From Macrostomum lignano (lineage: Eukaryota), in the NCBI GenBank assembly GCA_002269645.1, contig NIVC01003409.1, forward strand, positions 1 through 24,951: DNA of 24,951 nt, given 5' to 3'. The position numbers and the translations under genes were made by a program. Positions 1 through 10,532 of the stretch are shown here, piece by piece (position 1 is the first letter of the stretch; each line of letters begins with the position of its first letter). Under the pieces are notes generated by a model, which saw only the letters and a list, made by a program, of their open reading frames with translations, did not search any database and was not told where the DNA came from.

Positions 1-195
1 GACAGACCGACAGACGGACAGACAGACTGACAGACACAGAACGACAGACAGACAGACAGACAGACAGGCAGGAAGGCAGGCAGACAGACAGACAGGCAGA
101 CAGACAGACACACACAGACAGACAGGCAGACAGACAGGCAGACAGACAGACCGACAGACACACACAGACAGACAGACAGACACTAAGGCACTAGG

Positions 196-228
<33 letters not shown>

Positions 229-312
229 AGGCAGGCAGGCAGGCAGACAAACAAACAGACAGACCGACAGACACACAGAACGACAGACACAGTCAGTCAG
301 ACAGACAGACAG
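1..312 (+). repeat. Imperfect (GACA)n / (GGCA)n tetranucleotide microsatellite, truncated by window edge
   Basis: Continuous gacagacagaca... with interspersed ggca/caca variants from base 1 to ~312. Confidence 0.97.
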
Positions 313-403
313 ATGCATGTTCATCAGTTATCAGCCTAAAAAAGGCTGTCCCATCAAACAGTAGTAGTTTTCCAACGATTCCTGCAACCCAAGCGCCATC
401 TTC

Positions 404-625
404 TCAGAAAGGCGGCGGCTTCGGAAGTACAATGTAGAAAACCGCAAGGCCAGTGGCGCAGCCTAAAACGTACGAGAATGTAGCAATTTTATATGGTTGA
501 ATGGCCTCGCTACAGTCATTCTGGACAGCGCCTGCGCTAGGGTTGGCTGCAGACGCAGCCACACTACTAGCAGGGGCAGTAGTAGTTGCGGATTCGACAG
601 CACGCTTTAGATTGTTCCCAGAAAT
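404..625 (-). CDS. Candidate terminal exon (exon 2) of a small secreted/type-I membrane protein: Ser/Thr/Ala-rich stalk, TM helix, short tail
   Basis: Minus-strand acceptor ...CCGCTTGCTCAG| at 626-628. 222 nt open in phase 0: ISGNNLKRAVESATTTAPASSVAASAANPSAGAVQNDCSEAIQPYKIATFSYVLGCATGLAVFYIVLPKPPPF*. A 21-aa hydrophobic stretch (IATFSYVLGCATGLAVFYIVL) lies near the end. Absent from the ORF track because it has no own start codon. Confidence 0.55.
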   Translation of the reverse strand: MSGNNLKRAVESATTTAPASSVAASAANPSAGAVQNDCSEAIQPYKIATFSYVLGCATGLAVFYIVLPKPPPF

Positions 626-660
626 CTGAGCAAGCGGACTTAATTAACGGCCTGTCGCAC

Positions 661-837
661 CTGGCTGCCCAGGCTTTGCCAAAGTCGCCGCGGCACTGCG
701 ATTGACTTGGGCAGTCCTTGCAATTGTTGGGGCTCCCTCGCTGTCGCGATACTGGCCAGGGGGCAGGCAGGCAGGGGAACTGCCAGCATGGGCAGCACCA
801 GCGCCAATGTTGTTAAAAGGACCAACTGCAGCTGCAT
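661..837 (-). CDS. Candidate exon 1 of the same gene, signal-peptide-like N-terminus
   Basis: ORF-track ORF 640..837 begins MQLQLVLLTTLALVLPMLA-VP (hydrophobic h-region). Donor CAG|GTGCGA after codon 59 (phase 0) joins in frame to the 404-625 exon across a 35-nt GT..AG intron (626-660). An acceptor-like TTTCAG lies 13 nt upstream of the ATG (851-853). Confidence 0.5.
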
Positions 838-950
838 GAAGGTGGTGTGACTGAAATTTGATGGAGACTGTCTATGAATGCTTTTTTCCTGTGTCTGTTT
901 GTCATAGTTTCCGCATTAGTATCTGCCAGTCTATCTGCCACCTGCCTTGA

Positions 951-978
<28 letters not shown>
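951..978 (+). repeat. (GT)14 dinucleotide microsatellite
   Basis: Perfect gtgtgt run. Confidence 0.97.
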
Positions 979-981
<3 letters not shown>

Positions 982-2524
982 TGCATTAGGCATTTCTTGG
1001 GACAAGCGTGTATAAACTGACCCGTGCTATTAGGACCAAAAATGTGTTGGGCCAGGCCCAATAAGTGCGTCCCGACACTTCCAAAAATGAATTCTATTGA
1101 AATGAAAAAATATTCATTGGAACCGTCTTTCGATTCTCCTTCAAAAATCAATGTCATTTTTTCATATTTTTAATCAAACACGGGGAATCTAATGATTTGC
1201 AGTGTCCTAAGAAGTTTAAAAAATTATGCGAACTGATGGTCTGATCCAACAGAACAATTGGGTCTCAAATCGGAATTCTCGTTTTATTACAATATTTCTT
1301 ACAATATCAAGAAAGTCTACTACAAGTAACAGATAGAGGTTCTCCACAGGGCTGCCAATCGACACTTGAAAGGATCCTGACATTTGGCATCGTGTTTACT
1401 ATAAAATATGAAATAATTTAATAAAGATTTAGAATATTACAATAAGCATACAAACCTTATAGATTTAGTATATTTAGATTTTTGCATAGAAACAGCTAGC
1501 ATCTAAATTCATTAGCTTCCAATTTCACTTATACACGAAACATGGCAAATTAAGGTTACATCCGCCTGTGCCCTCGGCCATTTTAACTGAAATTCTCGTT
1601 TTCAGTCAGCTGCATTAATCTATTTGTCATATGTGAATGGGTATTAACTGACTCAAGTTAGTGACTGGAGGCCATTAACGTAAAGTGACACTTTGAGTGA
1701 GGTAGTTTTCCGGTGGAAATTCTCACAGTCTTATGAAGCGCTTTTAGAGCAAAGAAATAAAGGGCAAAGAAAAACTTTGCATTTCCCGAGAAACAAGGAC
1801 GAGTATTAAGGGAAACGTTTAATCTCTAAGGCTTTAAATGACTTCCTTATTGGCCTGGGTTTGGGCAGCTATACTATGTAGCAAAATTTTTCTAGAATTA
1901 TGATAATTATCGTCTGGTATACTGAAAAGTACTGAGATACAAGAAACTTAAGATGACTGCATGGACTGCTAGCACATGTTTGAGTGTCACTGTCACTGTA
2001 AAGTCTAAATCGATGACTAGTTGGCCCAAAACTAACTACTAGGCCTTCCTGAAAAACAATTCTGCTTATCTTGGATCGTAAAGATAAACCCACGTACAGA
2101 GCAGAAGTGTTAGGACAAGCGTGTACAAGACCCAGGCAATCCCTTACCCAGGCCACGTGTACATTCCTATCGCGGCGGGGGGAAGCGGGGAGGAGAGGCG
2201 GGCGCAAGGGAGTCAGGATAAAGTTTACACTGAAGTTGAGGCCTACAAGAGGAAGAGCCAATTCTAACGGAAAGGTACATGTAGAAGTTCCCTTTGACAA
2301 ACGGCGTACTGCATATGTTCAAACGAATATAATTCATTTACGAGACCTGCACTACACAGACAAAATGTGCCACGTCACAAGAGTTTCCATGCATGACCTG
2401 GCATGAAAAGACTTGGCTAGGAACCATTACACATATGTAAGTAGAATTTAAAATTCTTTTTAAAATTTTATGATTAAATAAAAACTTAACCGGAATTTAC
2501 ATATGTACTTTTCTAAAATTCCAG

Positions 2525-2587
2525 ATACGTTGATATCGATAAGCTACCGTTTTCTTCTATAACAAACAGATTTGCCTTCATTGTCAA
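2525..2587 (+). CDS. Candidate small internal exon (63 nt, phase 2-2)
   Basis: Acceptor ...TTCTAAAATTCCAG|, donor |GTAAGT. Only the phase-2 frame is open (YVDIDKLPFSSITNRFAFIV). An upstream donor |GTAAGT lies at 2437. Confidence 0.35.
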
Positions 2588-2766
2588 GTAAGTCTTGTCT
2601 CGTACTCGTATATGTCGTATTTTTTGTACGTTGAAAAAATAATAAGCAGCCTAGTAATACTCTGAGCTCAGTGAAATATAAGAGAGGCGGCACGATCACC
2701 TTATTTATCAATTAATTTACAACAGCCAGTTGAGCAATCATAAGTAGGCAAAATTTACACTTCTAG

Positions 2767-2863
2767 GAAGAACAAATTTTACTAAAAGTTTCAATCAAAA
2801 CATTTAGGAAAGAAATCTCGCATGACACATCGCCCACAGTACTAGAGACTTGGAGAAATACAT
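2767..2863 (+). CDS. Candidate internal exon (97 nt)
   Basis: Acceptor ...ACACTTCTAG|, donor |GTGAGT. One open frame: EEQILLKVSIKTFRKEISHDTSPTVLETWRNT. In-frame links to its neighbours are not resolved. Confidence 0.35.
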
Positions 2864-2977
2864 GTGAGTTTGCTGGGCAACTAATATAATATATTACTGT
2901 TATAATTCGATAGTCAAATTATTTTTCTACTCAAAGCAGTATTATTACATAACTAAAGAACAGTATAAAATGACAGC

Positions 2978-3208
2978 ATTCTAGAACGAGAAACAAAGCT
3001 TACTGCAAAGGCAAACGCCAAAGAAAAGCAGGGCAGAGTCAGCAACAAAAAAGAAGCTCATCTGATTGGGAAGATGGGCGGTCAGCAAAGAGATAGGATC
3101 TCAGAAAATTGCAACTCCCAGTAACTGAAACTTAATTGCAATAAGTGTTTTGTTTTCTAGGGCATTATTTAAAACAAGCAAGCCTGCCTGCAGTCAGCTA
3201 AGGGCAAA
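2978..3208 (+). CDS. Two candidate exons (~2978-3120 and 3161-3208) joined by a 40-nt intron (3121-3160)
   Basis: Intron GTAACT...TTTTGTTTTCTAG. Splicing removes the in-frame TAA and gives ILERETKLTAKANAKEKQGRVSNKKEAHLIGKMGGQQRDRISENCNSQ-ALFKTSKPACSQLRA. The 48-nt exon is open only in the phase that matches the upstream exon and ends at |GTAAGT. The 5' boundary of the first exon is uncertain. Confidence 0.45.
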
Positions 3209-3422
3209 GTAAGTTGCTGCGGCACTATCGAGAAAGTGAAATTTGTACTCCATCTAACTGACACAAGCAGCACCGTTGGGACAAACTACGAATATTTTAA
3301 TTGTACAGATTTAAATTTTCAGCAATGAAGCATTTATTAGAACAGCGACATTTAAATCTGTTTTCAAACAAATCAGACAGATTTCTCAATAAGTGATTTT
3401 TCTTTTGTGCGCCCACGCACAG

Positions 3423-3605
3423 GTTCGTCCGCATTCAAACTCGCCGCTGCATCCGTCATTTATTCATTGCTGCTCACAAGCCGCAGCAGCAGCAGCAGCA
3501 GCAGCGCTATCCGTGCAGGCAGTCAGTCTATTTGTGAATTTTCTGGTGGATCTGAAGAAAACCCGTCCGGCACAGGATTAAAGAGAAAGAGACGATCTGT
3601 TTTGG
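3423..3605 (+). CDS. First (5'-unique) exon of the array, 183 nt, phase 1-1, poly-Ser version
   Basis: Acceptor TTTTCTTTTGTGCGCCCACGCACAG| (3421-3422), donor G|GTGAGT (3606). Open: xSSAFKLAAASVIYSLLLTSRSSSSSSSAIRAGSQSICEFSGGSEENPSGTGLKRKRRSVL. Confidence 0.55.
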
Positions 3606-5381
3606 GTGAGTATTATCTGCTGTAGAAGTATTGTACACCAGAGTACTTGTGTTACTTGGTAGAGCACAATTCAAAAGCAATGCAACAATCTCAGTGGCAT
3701 TGTTGGGACACAAGCTACAAACGCAATGAATAGTAAACACAGCCCAGCCTAGCTCAAGGCTAGTAATTTGTTGGGCATTTATTGGGACATTGCAGCCAGG
3801 CCTATTTTTTGAACAGCATTTGTTGGGTCGCACTTATTGGGACAATACTGATTCTAATCGCGACTACTTCTGAGTTCTGACTTTTCAAAACAGACCCAGC
3901 ATTAGTTGAACACGTTCTATTAAAGGGTTCCTTTATAGCCTATTAATGATTACTAAAGCAAGCCTATCTTAATTGATTTCTTTTCCTCGCAGATTCTGAA
4001 GTCAGCCACGCCAGCGACATGCCTAAGAGACAAGAATGCGCTTTAACGATCAGCAGCGAGCATTCTGATCTCGCCGCTGCATCCGTCATTTGGTTCACTT
4101 GCTGCTCACAAGCCGCAGCAGCAGCAGCAGCAGCAGCAGCAGCTATCCGTGCAGGCAGTCAGTCTATTTGTGAATTTTCTGGTGGATCTGAAGAAAACCC
4201 GTCCGGCACAGGATTAAAGAGAAAGAGACGATCTGTTTTGGGTGAGTATTATCTGCTGTAGAAGTATTGTACACCAGAGTACTTGTGTTACTTGGTAGAG
4301 CACAATTCAAAAGCAATGCAACAATCTCAGTGGCATTGTTGGGACACAAGCTACAAACGCAATGAATAGTAAACACAGCCCAGCCTAGCTCAAGGCTAGT
4401 AATTTGTTGGGCATTTATTGGGACATTGCAGCCAGGCCTATTTTTTGAACAGCATTTGTTGGGTCGCACTTATTGGGACAATACTGATTCTAATCGCGAC
4501 TACTTCTGAGTTCTGACTTTTCAAAACAGACCCAGCATTAGTTGAACACGTTCTATTAAAGGGTTCCTTTATAGCCTATTAATGATTACTAAAGCAAGCC
4601 TATCTTAATTGATTTCTTTTCCTCGCAGATTCTGAAGTCAGCAACGCCAGCGACATGCCTAAGAGACAAGAATGCGCTTTAACGATCAGCAGCGAGCATT
4701 CTGATCTCGCCGCTGCATCCGTCATTTGGTTCACTTGCTGCTCACAAGCCGCAGCAGCAGCAGCAGCAGCAGCCGCTATCCGTGCAGGCAGTCAGTCTAT
4801 TTGTGAATTTTCTGGTGGATCTGAAGAAAACCCGTCCGGCACAGGATTAAAGAGAAAGAGACGATCTGTTTTGGGTGAGTATTATCTGCTGTAGAAGTAT
4901 TGTACACCAGAGTACTTGTGTTACTTGGTAGAGCACAATTCAAAAGCAATGCAACAATCTCAGTGGCATTGTTGGGACACAAGCTACAAACGCAATGAAT
5001 AGTAAACACAGCCCAGCCTAGCTCAAGGCTAGTAATTTGTTGGGCATTTATTGGGACATTGCAGCCAGGCCTATTTTTTGAACAGCATTTGTTGGGTCGC
5101 ACTTATTGGGACAATACTGATTCTAATCGCGACTACTTCTGAGTTCTGACTTTTCAAAACAGACCCAGCATTAGTTGAACACGTTCTATTAAAGGGTTCC
5201 TTTATAGCCTATTAATGATTACTAAAGCAAGCCTATCTTAATTGATTTCTTTTCCTCGCAGATTCTGAAGTCAGCCACGCCAGCGACATGCCTAAGAGAC
5301 AAGAATGCGCTTTAACGATCAGCAGCGAGCATTCTGATCTCGCCGCTGCATCCGTCATTTGGTTCACTTGCTGCTCACAAG

Positions 5382-5419
<38 letters not shown>

Positions 5420-6026
5420 TATCCGTGCAGGCAGTCAGTCTATTTGTGAATTTTCTGGTGGATCTGAAGAAAACCCGTCCGGCACAGGATTAAAGAGAAA
5501 GAGACGATCTGTTTTGGGTGAGTATTATCTGCTGTAGAAGTATTGTACACCAGAGTACTTGTGTTACTTGGTAGAGCACAATTCAAAAGCAATGCAACAA
5601 TCTCAGTGGCATTGTTGGGACACAAGCTACAAACGCAATGAATAGTAAACACAGCCCAGCCTAGCTCAAGGCTAGTAATTTGTTGGGCATTTATTGGGAC
5701 ATTGCAGCCAGGCCTATTTTTTGAACAGCATTTGTTGGGTCGCACTTATTGGGACAATACTGATTCTAATCGCGACTACTTCTGAGTTCTGACTTTTCAA
5801 AACAGACCCAGCATTAGTTGAACACGTTCTATTAAAGGGTTCCTTTATAGCCTATTAATGATTACTAAAGCAAGCCTATCTTAATTGATTTCTTTTCCTC
5901 GCAGATTCTGAAGTCAGCCACGCCAGCGACATGCCTAAGAGACAAGAATGCGCTTTAACGATCAGCAGCGAGCATTCTGATCTCGCCGCTGCATCCGTCA
6001 TTTGGTTCACTTGCTGCTCACAAGCC

Positions 6027-6068
<42 letters not shown>

Positions 6069-6672
6069 CTATCCGTGCAGGCAGTCAGTCTATTTGTGAA
6101 TTTTCTGGTGGATCTGAAGAAAACCCGTCCGGCACAGGATTAAAGAGAAAGAGACGATCTGTTTTGGGTGAGTATTATCTGCTGTAGAAGTATTGTACAC
6201 CAGAGTACTTGTGTTACTTGGTAGAGCACAATTCAAAAGCAATGCAACAATCTCAGTGGCATTGTTGGGACACAAGCTACAAACGCAATGAATAGTAAAC
6301 ACAGCCCAGCCTAGCTCAAGGCTAGTAATTTGTTGGGCATTTATTGGGACATTGCAGCCAGGCCTATTTTTTGAACAGCATTTGTTGGGTCGCACTTATT
6401 GGGACAATACTGATTCTAATCGCGACTACTTCTGAGTTCTGACTTTTCAAAACAGACCCAGCATTAGTTGAACACGTTCTATTAAAGGGTTCCTTTATAG
6501 CCTATTAATGATTACTAAAGCAAGCCTATCTTAATTGATTTCTTTTCCTCGCAGATTCTGAAGTCAGCACGCCAGCGACATGCCTAAGAGACAAGAATGC
6601 GCTTTAACGATCAGCAGCGAGCATTCTGATCTCGCCGCTGCATCCGTCATTTGGTTCACTTGCTGCTCACAA

Positions 6673-6703
<31 letters not shown>

Positions 6704-8579
6704 CTATCCGTGCAGGCAGTCAGTCTATTTGTGAATTTTCTGGTGGATCTGAAGAAAACCCGTCCGGCACAGGATTAAAGAGAAAGAGACGATCTGTTTT
6801 GGGTGAGTATTATCTGCTGTAGAAGTATTGTACACCAGAGTACTTGTGTTACTTGGTAGAGCACAATTCAAAAGCAATGCAACAATCTCAGTGGCATTGT
6901 TGGGACACAAGCTACAAACGCAATGAATAGTAAACACAGCCCAGCCTAGCTCAAGGCTAGTAATTTGTTGGGCATTTATTGGGACATTGCAGCCAGGCCT
7001 ATTTTTTGAACAGCATTTGTTGGGTCGCACTTATTGGGACAATACTGATTCTAATCGCGACTACTTCTGAGTTCTGACTTTTCAAAACAGACCCAGCATT
7101 AGTTGAACACGTTCTATTAAAGGGTTCCTTTATAGCCTATTAATGATTACTAAAGCAAGCCTATCTTAATTGATTTCTTTTCCTCGCAGATTCTGAAGTC
7201 AGCCACGCCAGCGACATGCCTAAGAGACAAGAATGCGCTTTAACGATCAGCAGCGAGCATTCTGATCTCGCCGCTGCATCCGTCATTTGGTTCACTTGCT
7301 GCTCACAAGCCGCAGCAGCAGCAGCAGCAGCAGCAGCTATCCGTGCAGGCAGTCAGTCTATTTGTGAATTTTCTGGTGGATCTGAAGAAAACCCGTCCGG
7401 CACAGGATTAAAGAGAAAGAGACGATCTGTTTTGGGTGAGTATTATCTGCTGTAGAAGTATTGTACACCAGAGTACTTGTGTTACTTGGTAGAGCACAAT
7501 TCAAAAGCAATGCAACAATCTCAGTGGCATTGTTGGGACACAAGCTACAAACGCAATGAATAGTAAACACAGCCCAGCCTAGCTCAAGGCTAGTAATTTG
7601 TTGGGCATTTATTGGGACATTGCAGCCAGGCCTATTTTTTGAACAGCATTTGTTGGGTCGCACTTATTGGGACAATACTGATTCTAATCGCGACTACTTC
7701 TGAGTTCTGACTTTTCAAAACAGACCCAGCATTAGTTGAACACGTTCTATTAAAGGGTTCCTTTATAGCCTATTAATGATTACTAAAGCAAGCCTATCTT
7801 AATTGATTTCTTTTCCTCGCAGATTCTGAAGTCAGCCACGCCAGCGACATGCCTAAGAGACAAGAATGCGCTTTAACGATCAGCAGCGAGCATTCTGATC
7901 TCGCCGCTGCATCCGTCATTTGGTTCACTTGCTGCTCACAAGCCGCAGCAGCAGCAGCAGCAGCAGCAGCGCTATCCGTGCAGGCAGTCAGTCTATTTGT
8001 GAATTTTCTGGTGGATCTGAAGAAAACCCGTCCGGCACAGGATTAAAGAGAAAGAGACGATCTGTTTTGGGTGAGTATTATCTGCTGTAGAAGTATTGTA
8101 CACCAGAGTACTTGTGTTACTTGGTAGAGCACAATTCAAAAGCAATGCAACAATCTCAGTGGCATTGTTGGGACACAAGCTACAAACGCAATGAATAGTA
8201 AACACAGCCCAGCCTAGCTCAAGGCTAGTAATTTGTTGGGCATTTATTGGGACATTGCAGCCAGGCCTATTTTTTGAACAGCATTTGTTGGGTCGCACTT
8301 ATTGGGACAATACTGATTCTAATCGCGACTACTTCTGAGTTCTGACTTTTCAAAACAGACCCAGCATTAGTTGAACACGTTCTATTAAAGGGTTCCTTTA
8401 TAGCCTATTAATGATTACTAAAGCAAGCCTATCTTAATTGATTTCTTTTCCTCGCAGATTCTGAAGTCAGCCACGCCAGCGACATGCCTAAGAGACAAGA
8501 ATGCGCTTTAACGATCAGCAGCGAGCATTCTGATCTCGCCGCTGCATCCGTCATTTGGTTCACTTGCTGCTCACAAGCC

Positions 8580-8611
<32 letters not shown>

Positions 8612-9854
8612 TATCCGTGCAGGCAGTCAGTCTATTTGTGAATTTTCTGGTGGATCTGAAGAAAACCCGTCCGGCACAGGATTAAAGAGAAAGAGACGAT
8701 CTGTTTTGGGTGAGTATTATCTGCTGTAGAAGTATTGTACACCAGAGTACTTGTGTTACTTGGTAGAGCACAATTCAAAAGCAATGCAACAATCTCAGTG
8801 GCATTGTTGGGACACAAGCTACAAACGCAATGAATAGTAAACACAGCCCAGCCTAGCTCAAGGCTAGTAATTTGTTGGGCATTTATTGGGACATTGCAGC
8901 CAGGCCTATTTTTTGAACAGCATTTGTTGGGTCGCACTTATTGGGACAATACTGATTCTAATCGCGACTACTTCTGAGTTCTGACTTTTCAAAACAGACC
9001 CAGCATTAGTTGAACACGTTCTATTAAAGGGTTCCTTTATAGCCTATTAATGATTACTAAAGCAAGCCTATCTTAATTGATTTCTTTTCCTCGCAGATTC
9101 TGAAGTCAGCCACGCCAGCGACATGCCTAAGAGACAAGAATGCGCTTTAACGATCAGCAGCGAGCATTCTGATCTCGCCGCTGCATCCGTCATTTGGTTC
9201 ACTTGCTGCTCACAAGCCGCAGCAGCAGCAGCAGCAGCAGCAGCAGCTATCCGTGCAGGCAGTCAGTCTATTTGTGAATTTTCTGGTGGATCTGAAGAAA
9301 ACCCGTCCGGCACAGGATTAAAGAGAAAGAGACGATCTGTTTTGGGTGAGTATTATCTGCTGTAGAAGTATTGTACACCAGAGTACTTGTGTTACTTGGT
9401 AGAGCACAATTCAAAAGCAATGCAACAATCTCAGTGGCATTGTTGGGACACAAGCTACAAACGCAATGAATAGTAAACACAGCCCAGCCTAGCTCAAGGC
9501 TAGTAATTTGTTGGGCATTTATTGGGACATTGCAGCCAGGCCTATTTTTTGAACAGCATTTGTTGGGTCGCACTTATTGGGACAATACTGATTCTAATCG
9601 CGACTACTTCTGAGTTCTGACTTTTCAAAACAGACCCAGCATTAGTTGAACACGTTCTATTAAAGGGTTCCTTTATAGCCTATTAATGATTACTAAAGCA
9701 AGCCTATCTTAATTGATTTCTTTTCCTCGCAGATTCTGAAGTCAGCCACGCCAGCGACATGCCTAAGAGACAAGAATGCGCTTTAACGATCAGCAGCGAG
9801 CATTCTGATCTCGCCGCTGCATCCGTCATTTGGTTCACTTGCTGCTCACAAGCC

Positions 9855-9886
<32 letters not shown>

Positions 9887-10496
9887 TATCCGTGCAGGCA
9901 GTCAGTCTATTTGTGAATTTTCTGGTGGATCTGAAGAAAACCCGTCCGGCACAGGATTAAAGAGAAAGAGACGATCTGTTTTGGGTGAGTATTATCTGCT
10001 GTAGAAGTATTGTACACCAGAGTACTTGTGTTACTTGGTAGAGCACAATTCAAAAGCAATGCAACAATCTCAGTGGCATTGTTGGGACACAAGCTACAAA
10101 CGCAATGAATAGTAAACACAGCCCAGCCTAGCTCAAGGCTAGTAATTTGTTGGGCATTTATTGGGACATTGCAGCCAGGCCTATTTTTTGAACAGCATTT
10201 GTTGGGTCGCACTTATTGGGACAATACTGATTCTAATCGCGACTACTTCTGAGTTCTGACTTTTCAAAACAGACCCAGCATTAGTTGAACACGTTCTATT
10301 AAAGGGTTCCTTTATAGCCTATTAATGATTACTAAAGCAAGCCTATCTTAATTGATTTCTTTTCCTCGCAGATTCTGAAGTCAGCCACGCCAGCGACATG
10401 CCTAAGAGACAAGAATGCGCTTTAACGATCAGCAGCGAGCATTCTGATCTCGCCGCTGCATCCGTCATTTGGCTGCTCACTTGCTGCTCACAAGCC

Positions 10497-10532
<36 letters not shown>

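Noticed and set aside
813-2406. ORF-track ORFs 813..1157, 1869..2300 and 2071..2406
   Set aside because: No domain signature. One spans the GT microsatellite (HTHT run), and the other two overlap antisense with non-ATG or weak starts.
3993-4628. Unit as a 5S rRNA, U snRNA, SL RNA or tRNA gene array (typical for homogeneous ~600-bp tandem units); includes an Sm-like AATTTTCTGG and a 5S-like CTGATCTCG
   Set aside because: No extended match to the 5S, U1, U2, U4, U5 or U6 sequences I know and no cloverleaf. The Sm-like site lies upstream, not downstream, of the donor, unlike SL RNAs. An Infernal/Rfam scan would settle it.
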